In this document: positions 25,524 through 40,737 of the stretch, in pieces
Layout: each line of letters starts with the position of its first letter
Numbering within the stretch: position 1 is the first letter of the stretch
NCBI RefSeq assembly: GCF_009914755.1
Contig: NC_060930.1
Length of the DNA stretch: 64,000 nt
DNA from: the human T2T-CHM13v2.0 reference genome, Homo sapiens
Strand: one strand, 5' to 3'
Program-made: the position numbers and the translations under genes
The notes under the pieces: model-generated
Told to the model about the DNA's origin: nothing
The model's input: the letters and a program-made list of their open reading frames with translations, nothing else
Databases searched by the model: none

Positions 25524-28500
25524 TCTGGTTCTTATCCTTTTGAAAGTCTTAAAGTCTCCTCTTCATTCATGTATCAAATATTTGATGAAATATTTGACCA
25601 GATGTCAGAGTCTAGAACATCAGACCGAGATAGTAAACCAGTGGGTCGTAAATAGCTACATGAAGGGCATAGAATCTAAACAGATCCAGAGTGAGAGATT
25701 AAGGTCAAGGAACTGGAAGGCATATCTGGATTTATTTATTTTTTTTAAAAAAATACAGTATTTGTTTGGATGGAGAATGGAAATAGAACTTGCAGTTTTG
25801 GTTCTCTGCAATGCAGGTTGGCCACTGCTATTGCTGTAACTCTGTCCTATTGTCCTACCCATACTACTGTTGTAACTTCCATAAGGTGGGACCTGATGAA
25901 TCACGCACACTTCCAGAGTGTTTGGTCAGGGTGACCCTGGGTGCAGCAAGGATGGCCAATGCTGTTGGCATCAAAAGGCCAAGAGATGACTTTGGTCAGA
26001 TTAGATAAAGACCATTTAGGGCCATGGAGATATGGAAGCAATTTTCTTCTTTCCTAGAAGATGATGCAATAGATGACAATAAGCATTTGGGTGAATCTCT
26101 CCAGCCAGGTTTGAAGGCAGTTTGTGTCACGTAGTGGGTGGGTGGATGGGGAAAGTTAGTTCTAATTACTATTCCAGGGCCCTACATCCAGAGCCTTTCC
26201 ATTTTAAGACAAGAGGGGGACTAACATTCCCAGCTCATTCGCAAATGACTCAAGAGAATGGGACAGAGGAAAGGGAGATACCATTTTTAATTCCCCCTGG
26301 AGGAGTCCTAATGTCCCATTAGTGTTTCAACTGTTTGGTCTAATTCAGGTATGAAGTACAGTGGTTTGTTTGTTTGTTTGTTTGTTTTGTTTTTTGTTTT
26401 TCATAAAATTGGTTGATTGATTAATAAATTGCTTGCTGGGCATTGGGGAACTATACATGAAAATTATATGACTTTAACCCTGAAGGAGCTCAGAATCTAA
26501 TGCGGAAGATGGATATTTATGATATATAACAAGGGCAACAATAAATCTAGTACAAGATATGAGGAATCTTCCAGGCTTTGTATTGGACAAAATGTCTCTG
26601 GGATGTCCTTTACCTGGAGGCATATATGGGCCCAATGCCAGCTTCAGCTATTCTAAAAGAGACCTGAGTCTAAAGATCACACATTATCTCATATCAGGAG
26701 CCATGCTCACTGACTGAAATTTCCCAGTGGCCACCAAGCTATCATTATGGTCCCTATAGTCCCACTAATTATTATCCATCCCACTTTGCTACTTCTGGAT
26801 CGGACACTTGACAGATAATGTCAGGAACAGTATAGCGTGTGTTTTGCCCAAATGATCTTTAAGACAGCCTCGTTCCCAGTCTGGCGGTTGTGTGGGAATC
26901 AACATCTTCACCTCCTGATTTCTATTACACTCCTTCCTACAGCCCTGTCCACCACAGCCAGCTGGCTGAAGAGCTCAAAAGGCAAGAAATCAGCAAGAGA
27001 GAGAGATGAAGCATGAGAAATGAGCAAAAAACACCCAGCACATCATAATCTTGGACAGTTTAGCAGTACATGAAAATAGATGGTCCTCGCCCCAAGGGAC
27101 TGCAGTAACCCTGAATAAACAGGATGTCTCTCACTTTTAGCAGTTCTTTCTGTGCTAGTATTGGGGAAATATATTTTTGGCTGCATGCAAAATGGTAAAA
27201 GACATCTATTAAGAAAATGAAAACAATGCTTCTGTTTTAGACGAAGCTTTTGAAGGTTTAAGGATCACCTATTTATTGACAAAATTGTTTCCGTGGCTTA
27301 AAAATAAAATACAAACAAATACTACAGGTATTCTTGCCTTCTCATTCTACTTAAAATCACATTTCCAAAGACTTTCTTCTCTACTTAAAAACAGGAATTA
27401 AGAAATACTCAAAAGAGATCCTAGACAAAACTAACATTTCAGCAACCAAAGATAAATCATGCTTTTAGAGGAAGATGCTAGGTTCTAGAATCTCTCTGAA
27501 CACCGTGTAGCACTAAGAAACTACAATCACTGGCTGAGACCTTGATCAAATAATGGCTAACATATAAGATGCTTATTCTAGTCAGGCACACTTCTAAGAG
27601 CTGTATATCTGCTAATTCATTTATTCTCCTAGGATATAAAGGATCAGCAGATCCTTCAGGCTCTGGTATGTTCTGAGATGAGTTAACCCAGAAATTGTCA
27701 TCGAAAGACAGATTCAGCAAAACGGAAACAGCCACCATTTTATGTAGATGTCCCTGTGGCTTAGTGCTACAGACCGGACATTTGTGCCCTTAGGGGAAAA
27801 ATGATGAGGTCAGAGCAGACTGGGATAGATCAGGTCTGGTGCTTTTATTGTAGATCCTGGAACCAAAGATGATCTTATGGAAAGCCAGGTAGACAGTTCA
27901 GCTGAGGTATTCATCCATAGAGACTGGCCAGAAAGGCACAGTTTGGGTTGAAAGTGTGGGCACATGAGACCAAAGAAAGAGGGCTTGAAAATGGGGTAGA
28001 CGCAGGAGACTGGAGAGAAGCCTCAGCCCCTGGGACAAAGTGGCAGGTGCTTTATCCAGGGTGCTGGTGTCTGGAGCGCTTTGGGAGGACCCTGTGAAGG
28101 GCATGGTGTCTCCAGCAATGTTGGGTGTACCCTCCCATAGTTCAGTGTTCCAGAAAAAGGATGGGAAAATTACAAGAATAATAGCAGGCAGAAGTTGTGC
28201 CAAATTTCATCCTAACACAAAATGTGGTTATAAACAAGGGTAAGGAGAGGGTTTTCATCTCCTGCTTTAATCCTGGAAAGCTCTGCTAGACTGTGATTCA
28301 GTCTCTCTTTTTCTAGCAGTTCTGGGGTTGTGATTCTTAGTCTAGGGATTTTCGGTTGTTTAAACCCTACTTGGCTTTTTCTAATGAGCACTAATGCCAA
28401 GTTTTTATCACTAAGCTCATAGATTTGCCAAAGAAATGGTGATACCAAGAAATTCATTGCAAGTTACTACCTGTAATCCATGTGTAGGGTGTTTGGTGTG

Positions 28501-28549
28501 TTGTGGTGTTCTTTAGTTTCTAATTCCTTATGTAGATGTCTAAAAAAGT

Positions 28550-28735
28550 GTGACCTTTATTTTTCTATTAAGGGCCAGATAGTAGATACTTCAGGCCCTT
28601 TGGGTAACACTCAACTCTGCCACGATAGTGAGAAGCAGTCATAGACAAAAACATCTAATAGGAGTGGCTGTGTGCAATAAAATCTTGTTCACAAAACAAG
28701 CAGTAGTAGGATTTAATATGTGCTCCATAACTGGT
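28550..28735 (+). mobile_element. MER58A
   Basis: TTTTCTATTAAGGGCCAGATAGTA...ACTCAACTCTGCC...GTGGCTGTGTGCAATAAAA. Confidence 0.8.
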
Positions 28736-28849
28736 GATTTTTGATATGAATACATAAACAAACAACCAGAAAAATAAATGTCATACTATCCATGAGCAAT
28801 GTGGCTTTTTTGTTTTTGTTTTTGTTTTCTTTTTAACTTAGTCAATTAA

Positions 28850-29648
<799 letters not shown>

Positions 29649-30253
29649 AACTTTTTTTTTCTTAATGGCCTTTTGCTAAAGAATGGGGAGAGGAGGAACC
29701 ATTTGCCTGCATGGATCTGTAAGCCACTGCCCTTCCTCTCATATCTTACCTTTACAACTTTGGAAGCCAATATTCTGAAACCAAAACTTCGTTCCTACTT
29801 TAAAGATACAGAGAGGGCTGGAATGTCCTATTCCAGGTTTCCTTGAAAGAGGAATTAGCTACTTTTCCCCTCCCATCTAGTGAACTTCTTTGTACACAGC
29901 GCCTCTGGTAAGAATTCAGTTACTTCTCCCAGTGGCTTCTCTTCTTTTGTCTTTCACTTCATAGGCAATAGTGACCAACTAAAAAGTCTTAGTAATTTTA
30001 CTTTTTTGGGGGTGACACGCACATAAAGAGTTAATAGATTTAAAGACTAGGCAAATACCATTTCTTTTAAAACCTGAAAAATATCAAAACAAAACTTAAA
30101 TGAAAAACTACTAGAAGATCATTATCCCAGCCACAATCAAGTCCAAAGGTTAAACATGTTTGCCTTCCTTATCTAAGGAATGAAGATGTACAGACCAATG
30201 GGAAGAACCTCATCAACTCTAAATTCTCTTTAGCAATTAGCAAATTTGCCACC

Positions 30254-31148
<895 letters not shown>

Positions 31149-31829
31149 CCACCCAGGGGCTGAAGTGAAATAACTCAAAGACATTCTGTAGCGTGTTCCC
31201 CTCAGGCCATTTTTATGAAATGTCCTGCTCCTTACTACTTAGATATCTCAGTAATGAAACAAAGTTAATGATCCTGACTGTCATCAGGAATCCATACCAC
31301 ACACAGGCTACCCTTTGGTTTCACTTTGATTTATCTTTTATTTGGATAATCTGGGAGTTTTAAAGTCAAATGGAGAATGATCATTTTAATACTTTTCCTC
31401 TTCTAGTTATGTGAATTCAGAGTCAATGCCCGGGGCAGTTTGGCAAGCTGTCAGTAACTGATAACATGACCGAAAAACCTGATACATCAGCTGTTGTTCT
31501 ACTGTACTAGCTTCTTTGGGTACTATGAGCTCATGAAATACAACAAAGCACTGTTCTGTCTAAACTCTTCTGAATATATGGCTCATGTTCATGGAACTCC
31601 CATTGTCTTAGTCTGTGCCTGTCAAAGGGGCAATTCTCTGACATCTTTGTTTTCTTTTAGAGCGTTCTCCCCTAATTTGATCTATACTTGACAACATGGG
31701 TGTAAAGAGCACCATGTCCCTGGTATAGCAGAAGCACACACAGGCACTGCAAAAACCATTCTTCAGTGTTGGACTGTTCCAGTGGGCCTACTGTAGAGCC
31801 AAAGGCAGGGAATTTCACAGGCGGAAGAA

Positions 31830-32070
31830 TTATAATAGCTAACATTTATTGAGTGATTCCTATGCACCAAACACTCCTTTGGGTGCTTGCTAAAGGATAA
31901 CTCCTTTCATTTTGACAACAAGTCTATGAGGCAGATACTATAGGTATCCTCACTTTAGAGCTAAGGAACCCGAGTTAATGTGATAAGTAAAACTTGCCAA
32001 GATCACAAGACTGGTGAGGGCCAAGATATGAGCCCTGCTGCTCTGGCTGCAAAATCTTGTCTTTAATAGT
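31830..32070 (-). mobile_element. MIR
   Basis: ATAATAGCTAACATTTATTGAG...ACAACAAGTCTATGAGGCAGATACTAT...CTTGCCAAGATCACA. Confidence 0.75.
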
Positions 32071-32719
32071 TACCCTGTTGGCTTTTTACCTGGGAAATAA
32101 ACTCTCATACGTTGTAATGTTTTCCTCACCAAAACTGGTGTTTTTTTATGTCCTTTTCGGCTAATGCAAAATTTGCATCTATGTATTTGCCCAAGATGGC
32201 AGGATCATCCTTGCAGGAAAAGCACCGAATCAGACAGCCTCTGGATCCCCGCTCTAGGGGATTCATGATGTGATCATGATATAGATGTTTATATATCATG
32301 ATCATTGAGCACTGTGATGTCAGAGCCTTAATCCTTTAATATAACTTTAAGTACAGACTCTTAAGCACCAAGTATGGCTAAAATACATTGCTTACTTACT
32401 ATCTCGTCAGCACTGTTCCATATGCTTTAGTATAAATTATTGCCTTTAATTTTCATATTATCTCCATTTTATGGATGTGAAACTGAGACTTAAAGAAACT
32501 AAATGGTAGGCCAAGCTCGCAGAGCTCATAATGGCAGAAGTGAGATGTACTTTTATGCAGGAGATAAGAGGGGCAATGCAACCAATTCCTGATCTTAGAG
32601 AACTGGCTACCAAGTACAGGAAGAAAAATCTGCATAGGAATAGAAGAAAATTTGATAGCTAATATTTATTAGATATTTCCATGTGCCATCAAGTGTACTT
32701 TACATGATTATCTTTTTAA

Positions 32720-34268
32720 TTTTTAAACATTAAAAAATTGATAAAAATTACATATTATTGTATATATTTTAAAAACATGTTTTGAAATATGTGTACGTTG
32801 TGGAATGATTAAATCAAGCTAACTAACATATGCATTACCTCATGTATTTATCATTTTTTTGAGATAAGAACACACAATCTACTCTCAGTGATTTTCAAGC
32901 GTAAACAATACATTATTATTATCTGTAGTCACCATGTTGTACAATAGATTTCTTGACTGTATCCCTTCAATGAAATTTTGTATGTTTTGGCCAACATTTC
33001 CACAAATCCCACTCCCCTGCCACCACCAAGTCCCCAGCCCCGGTAGTCACCATTCTTCTCTCTACTTCTATGAGTTCGACTTTATATATATATATGTGTA
33101 TATATATATATATGTGTGTGTGTATATATATATGTGTATATATACGTGTGTGTGTGTACATATATATATATTTATTTATTATACTTTAAGTTCTAGGGTA
33201 CATGTGCACAATGTGCAGGTTTGTTACATATGTATACATGTGCCATGTTGGTGTGCTGCACCCATTAACTCGTCATTTACATCAGGTATATCTCCTAATG
33301 CTAGCCCTCTCCCCTCCCCCCACCCCACAACAGGCCCCTGGAAACCATCATTCTCAGCAAACTATCGCAAGGACAAAACACCAAACATCGCATGTTCTCA
33401 CTCATAGGTGGGAATTGAACAATGAAAACACTTGGACACAGGAAGGGGAACATCACACACCGAGTTCGACTTTTTTTTAAGATTCCACATATAAGCGAGA
33501 TGATGTGGTATTTGTCTTTCTGTGCCTGTCTTATTTCAGTGAACATAATGTCCTCCAGGTTCATTCATGCTGTTGCAACAGGATTTCCTTCTTTTTAAAG
33601 GCTGAATAGTATTCAGTTGGGTGCACATATCACATTTTCTTTATCTCTTCATCCATTGATGGGCTCTTAGGTTGATTCCATGTCTAGGCTATTGTGAATA
33701 GTGGCACAATGAACATGGGAGTGCAGATATCCTTTCCACATACTGATTTCATTTCCTATGGATATATACCCAGAAGAAGCATCGCTAGATCATATGGTAA
33801 CTCTATTTTAATTTTTTGAGGAAGCTCAAAATTTACATTTTCACCAACAGTATGCAAGCATTCCTATTTCTCTGCATCCTTGCCAATACTTGTCTATCAT
33901 CTTTCGATAGTAGTCATTCTAGCGAGTATGAGGTGATATCTCATTGTGATTTGAATTGGAATTTCTCTGATGATTAGTAAAGCTGAGCATTTTTTAATAT
34001 GTCTGTTGGCCACATGTATGTCTTCTTTTGAGAAATGTCTATTCAGGTCCTTTGCCCATTTTTAAAATGGGTTATTTGTATTCTTGCTTTTGAGCTGTTT
34101 GAGTTCCTTATATATTTTGGATATTAACCCCTTATCAGATGTATGGCTTGCAAATATTTTCTCCCATTCTGCATGTTGTCTCTTTACTCTGTTGATTGTT
34201 TCCTTTGCTGTGCAGAAGCTTTTTAGTTTGACATAATCGTGTTTGTCTATTTTTGCTTTTGCTGCCTG
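32720..34268 (-). mobile_element. L1MA-type 3' fragment inserted in a MIR
   Basis: ORF 33301-33564 MNLEDIMFTEIRQAQKDKYH (ORF2 end); L1MA-like 3'UTR; GCTGTGCAGAAGCTTTTTAGTTTG. Confidence 0.88.
33084..33461 (-). mobile_element. Young L1PA 3' insertion with 5' inversion
   Basis: TSD GAGTTCGACTTT (33072-33083, 33462-33473). Antisense part to 33338, sense part 33339-33461. Confidence 0.93.
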
Positions 34269-35770
34269 TTATTAATCTTTTTAATAACCTTGTAATGACC
34301 AAGTATTATTAGCATGATCACCACAGCATCCCACTTACAGACAATGGATCAGAAGTGGAGAGGTTGTTAATAGTAGCAGGGCTGAGATTTGGATGCACAC
34401 AGAGTGCCTTGGGGGCCTGGGCTCTTACCCATCAGTCTAAACTGAGTGACTTTCAAGTGAGGGAGACATTTCTGGTGGCTGGGATCAGTGGTGAATGGCA
34501 TTTTGAACTGAGCTTAGGGATGGGAGGAATTTCTACAGGTAGAGATGTGGAATCTCATTGTGTGCCCAGAATGGCTAGAGCAGAAGAACAGAAGGCTCCC
34601 ACGGTGTGCAGACCATTGAAAGAAAGTTGGAAGCCCCGGGCACAAGGAGGAGAGGTGCTCAGTCAGGAAGTGCTCTCTTCTTTTCAATTTTAGAGGCATG
34701 ATTGTTTCTCCCAGTTGAATACTGAAAAGGATGAACTTTACTGTTGAGCATCTGTGATTGGAATAAATATATCCTTATCTGTTCTGGGCAGCTTTCAAAA
34801 TAATTTGTTAGAAAGCACCACTGTCATTTCTACCTGGTGCTCTGGGTACTATGTGTGTAAAGGAAGTCTGAAGACAAGCACTGGAGCTCAAATCCTCATT
34901 CAGCCATGCTACCTTGGGCTTCTTACTTCACGCTCTTCAGTCTCCTGCAATCCTGGAGTAATAATGCATGCCCCAGCTTATTCTTCAAAGAAATCAGGAA
35001 GCCAAAGAGGGGACAAATGTGCAGAGCTTCAGAAGAAATGTGCCATGGGACTCTAAGGAATCACATAGTTTTATTACTCTGATTAATTTCCTATTTTAAT
35101 GCATAGTAGTAATTAATATTGGCCACAGACAACTCAAGATAGAAATGTCATGACCTAGATGAATGTGTAGAATACCCTGGTGTTTTCAGAGTGTTTTCAC
35201 CGACATTATCTAGTTTAATCTTTACAACTGTCCTATGAAATAAGCAGGGTGGTTATGATTCATTGTTATGTTTACAAATGTGGAAACTGAGGCCCAAACC
35301 ATTTGTTTAGCATATGTTGGATCTAGGTACAAAATTCCAGTCTTCCAATTCCCAGTTTAAACTGCTTTCCAAAGGCCACAGAAGAGGCAATTAGGTCATA
35401 GCACTTGCTAAATTTCTAGGCAAAATTCGAGAGGCAAGGGTATAGACTTTATTATACTGCTTTCTGAACACAGTACACAATCCGCAATAATCCCGAATTT
35501 CTAAATCTGTAAAAAAAAAATCGACTCAGAATTTTTCCCTTGCTTTAACTCCTCCAGAGAGAATCTTTCTGCAGCAATCCCATGAGGCTCTGTGCATATC
35601 CCTGTAATTACAGGTATTACATCATAGAGCAATAATTTGTTTACATGTCTGTTTCCCCAGCCTCTCCTTCTTCACTTCCCCCTACTCCCAGAGACAGTGA
35701 GAAAAGGTCTATTCATCTTTGGAACTCCAGCACCTCACAGGTTGCTAGACATAACAAAAGTTCAAGAAAT

Positions 35771-35771
<1 letters not shown>

Positions 35772-35821
<50 letters not shown>
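35772..35821. repeat. (TATC)12 tetranucleotide STR
   Basis: Perfect TATC array of 50 nt. Confidence 0.97.
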
Positions 35822-36429
35822 GACTCCTGTACATCCACAGCCACAGAAGTTTGCCTGCATTATCTCTACTTAAAAGTCATTATGTTTCTTTTAAGTTGAA
35901 CTCCTGTTATTTAATTGATGCTACATTTGTTGTTGTTGAGGCTTGATAGTATTATAATTTCTAAGGTAGTGTTTTTAAAATCTAGGTAATACAATTATAG
36001 AATAGTTTTCCATATATATGATATATATGGAAAATATTTTATTTCACTGCATAAAACAAAACCACTTAAACAGCAAAGAATACACTAAATGAAGTAACAA
36101 AGGTTAAAAATAAATTACAAAATAAAAAACAAATGATTGCAAAATGTCAACTCCCCTAAATTAATATATGCATTTAAATCTAGCCTACTAAAAATATTAC
36201 AAAGTTTAGTTGACAGTGTTGTTATTGTTTAAGATTTTAAAAAATGTATATATGTGCATTGTTTTTAAAAACAATCAAAATGTATTGAAGAAAATATTAA
36301 TTTATCGTATTGATTTCTAATAACAGCTCATAGAATATAGAAATGGTCTTGATTCTTTCAAACGTCTCCACCTGGTCATGTCAAAGTTCAATGATCATTT
36401 AAATAATGATGGACCTTCTATTTCACTAA

Positions 36430-36725
<296 letters not shown>

Positions 36726-37039
36726 AAAAATACAATATTTATGTGATCTAATTCTGTAGGGTCCACTGAAGTAGAAGTAATGTATTTATAAAAATAGTAT
36801 TTAAAGCATTATATTTTAAAAATACTATCTTAAAAATTATAACTTTATCAAACCTCAATAAGAGGAAATATAGCATCAATTAAATGATAGCAGTCCAACT
36901 AAAAAGAGATAAAACAACTTTTAAGGAGAGAGAACACAGGCAAATCTGTGGTGGTGGATATGCAAAAGTTCATTGCTTTGAAAATGGAATCAAACTGCAT
37001 GTGACCCTAAATTCCCGAGTACGGTTGAAGAGCAGGGAC

Positions 37040-37625
37040 ATGCGTGTTCTACTGCTGCTAGACAAATCACCACAGTTTAGTGTATTATAGCAGCACATGT
37101 TTATTATCTCATAGCTCTGTAGGTCAGAAGTCTGGGTTGGCTTGACTGGTTTCTCTGCTTCAGGTTTCACCAGGCTATAATCTGTGTTGACAGCATGGGT
37201 TATAGGGAGATTCACTCAAATTGTGGGCACAATCCAGTTTCTTGTAGTTGTAGGACTGAGGTATCCATTTCCTTGCTGGCTGTCACCTGGGAACTTCTAT
37301 TAGCTTTGAGAGGCCTCTTTTTAGCTTTGTATCTGGGCAACTGTATCTCAGAGCCAGTGATTGCACATCAAATCCATCTCACACTTGAAAGCTCTTAGAT
37401 TTCCTCTTCTGCTGCACGTCTGACTTTAGCTGGAAAAACTTCTCTGCTTTTAAGGGCTCAAGTGATTAGACTGGCCCCATCTGGTTAATCCAGGATAATC
37501 TCTGCACCTTGAGATCCACAACCTTAATTACAAAAAGTCCCTCTTGCCATGTAGAATAACATATGCACAGGACCCAGAGAATAGGGTATTGGACCTGTGG
37601 GGAAGGGGTGGCATTAATTGGCCTA
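37040..37625 (-). mobile_element. MLT1E/F-type MaLR LTR
   Basis: TTATTATCTCATAGCTCTGTAGGTCAGAAGTCTGG...TGTAGGACTGAGGT...TCTGCTTTTAAGGGCTCA...AATCCAGGATAATCTC. Confidence 0.8.
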
Positions 37626-37909
37626 CTAGGAGGCTACTTGGGAAACCTGGATTTAAACTCTGCTTTAGCCAATTTTAGTCTTTCTATTTTCTTAGCTCCT
37701 TGAGCTTCTTTCTTCTTAGTCAAGAGAGCTGATAAAAAGAAGTTGTTCCTTGCAATTCTTTCTTCAAGTCTTTATTCATCTTCCTGTAGGAGTTGTGTTT
37801 TCCATTTATATTGGTGATGTATTCCTATGTTTCAAAAAGTTTATTCTCTATTTCTAAGAGGTAAACTATCTCCTAAATTGATTTTCTGCCAAGTTTCATG
37901 ACATATTCT

Positions 37910-38228
<319 letters not shown>

Positions 38229-39157
38229 ACCTAAGGCATTTGAATCTCACCTTTAAGCTCTGAATTTTCAGACTACATGTTCAGTTTGGTGACTTTTTAT
38301 TAGATCTGTAAGCTCTTCATTTTATTTTCTTCACATAATTTAAAAATAACCTTGTTTTTCTCCTTCAAGCCTGTTAGAGGAAACATTTATGTTAGCAGCA
38401 TCAGTGAGTCTCTTCACACTGAGTCCTGGTTGATAGTCTATGTGGTTTCCATTTTCTGATTCACTGTCTTTGTCTCATTCCAAGTTGCTGTCATCCATGT
38501 ACTCTCCTAAATAGAGCAGGCAAATTTATTGTTTTCAGCACAGTTTCCGGCAGAGATTTTAACTGGCTGTCTTTATTATTTACAACCAGTTTCATTCATG
38601 TGTTTTAAGTTTTTTAGCATTTTATTCTTGTTCTTTGATTCCTGAACTCTTTCTTTTCATCTCAGAGCTTCTTGGGAATGTCATTTTAGGCTTCCGTGAA
38701 GGTGAGCATTTTCATCCAAATCACCCATTATTGCTGTCTAAAGTTGTTCTACATTCTTCTGAGACGCCTTTAAGGTATTTGTGGTGTCAGTCACTTGGGA
38801 TTGGAGTGATTTTGCTGTATCTTCCAGTGACTGTGTCTTTCCTTTAAGGTGCACCATCCTCATTTATGAAATAAAAGCTTATTAGTCTCGGTTTTCTATG
38901 TCGTGAAGGTCTACTGTCCCCTCAAGTGAAGAGATGGACTTACTCGGATTCTCATCAAGTGCTGCCCAACACAGCGCTTGTAACATCAGAGGATTGGCGT
39001 TCACTGAGAATGACTTGAAGGCTTCTTAGTCTGGTGAAATCAAGTCTATGTTCTCCCTGACTTTACCATATTCTGTGACCCAGGCAGAAAATCGTTTGGC
39101 CAGCTCTTTTCCCCTCCTTAAAGTATGTTGGGTCTTTATTATAAAAACAGTCACAGT

Positions 39158-39312
39158 CCAGGCATGGTGGCAGGTACCTATAGTCCCAACTACTTGGGAG
39201 GTTCAGTTGAGCCTGGAGGTTGAGGACACAGTCAGCAGAGGATAGCACTACTGCACTTGAGCCTGGGTGACAGAGTGAGACCCTGTCACAAACAAACAAA
39301 ACAAACAAAAAA
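39158..39312 (+). mobile_element. Alu right-monomer fragment
   Basis: CCAGGCATGGTGGCAGG...GCCTGGGTGACAGAGTGAGACCCTGTC with (AAAC)n tail. Confidence 0.82.
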
Positions 39313-40380
39313 CAGTCATAGCAGCAGATACTAGAATCTCTGGGAAGTCTAAAAAGAGTAGAGTGCTCTCTCTAGCATTCAGACACTAGCAGAGCACTGC
39401 ACAGATACTCAGGACTGCTGATTTTTGAGGCAGTCAGCAAGCTCTCCACGGTTTTAATGGGTACTGCAGCTCTGCCCCTGGTTGCCTGTATTCTGTGAGC
39501 CACAGCCAACCACACTGAACCTTGCTGAGTGTTCTGTCTTTGACCCAAACATGTGACTAAGCAAAAGGCATCAGTGGGGCTGGGAGAGGGGGAGGCCAGG
39601 CTTTATAAAGTAGTGCTCTGTAACTTTGCTCTACCCACTGCACAAATGGAAAGAGATAATGTTTGTACAATGCATTAGGGAAAAATGGAAAAGGCCGGCC
39701 ACAGCCAGAGGAACCAGCCTGTGAGCTCTGGCCACTCTAGGCCCTACTTGGCCCTACATCAAACCTGGGAGACATCAAAGCAGTGCTGTGTAATACCTGT
39801 TCTCTGCATAGCGCATGTCAGGGAGTGACAGTGGCACATGCTGCAGCGGAGGACCCATGTGCCTAAAGCCCTGGGCTAGGTCATTCTTCCCTTGATTTAA
39901 AGTTTTCTTCTGCAGCCTGGAACCCTGATCTTCCTGCAGAGGTCACAGGTCTCTCCTTCCCCTCAAGACTCCCTCTTTCTTTTGTATTTGGTCAGTGCCG
40001 GCAGGCAGGGGCAGAGGACTGGATGGCTTCATCAAAGGCACTAATTTATCAAGTTGGATTTTAATTTAAGAATTCAGGGGGAATGATGGAAATTGGCAAT
40101 GCCTTAACATTTCATGGATTTTCGGTGGAGCTAGTTTGTCCCTGTTCAAAACAAGCAGTCCCACATGCGGAGGCTCCCCTCCAATAGTAACTCTTTCCGT
40201 TTGTCCATTTGTGGCCCTGCCATCTCCAGCAGGCTCCCAAAGCTGTCCCAGGATCGGTCTCCATTACACCTCACCATCTTCAGAAATGTGGCTCTGTGGA
40301 GTGCCTCCAAAGCAGGAGCCGGTCCTTCTTTCAGCTGAATTTGCCACCCCTTATTTCTTTATGCAATATCTCACTCTCCT

Positions 40381-40737
40381 TGATATGGCTTGGTTATGTC
40401 CTCACCCAAATCTCATCTTGAATTGTAGTTCCCATAATCCCCGGGGGAAGGATCCGGTGGGAGGTAGTTGAATGATGGGGGCAGTTCTGGTGATAGTGAG
40501 TGAGTTCTCACGAGATCTGATGGTTTTATAAGGGGCTTTTCCCCCTTTTGCTCAGCACTTCTTGTTGCTGCCGCCATGTGAAGAGGGATGTACTTGCTTC
40601 CCCTTCAGCCATGGTTGTAAGTTCCCTGAGGCCTCCCCAGCCATGCTGAACTGTGTGAGTCAATTAAACCTCTTTCCTTTATAAACTACTCAGTCCCAGT
40701 TATGTCTTTATTAGCAGCATGAGAATGGACTACTGCG
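40381..40737 (+). mobile_element. THE1 (THE1B-like) solo LTR
   Basis: TGATATGGCTTGG...CACCCAAATCTCATCTTGAATTGTAG...TTAGCAGCATGAGAATGGACTA; TSD CTCCT/CTCCA. Confidence 0.9.
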
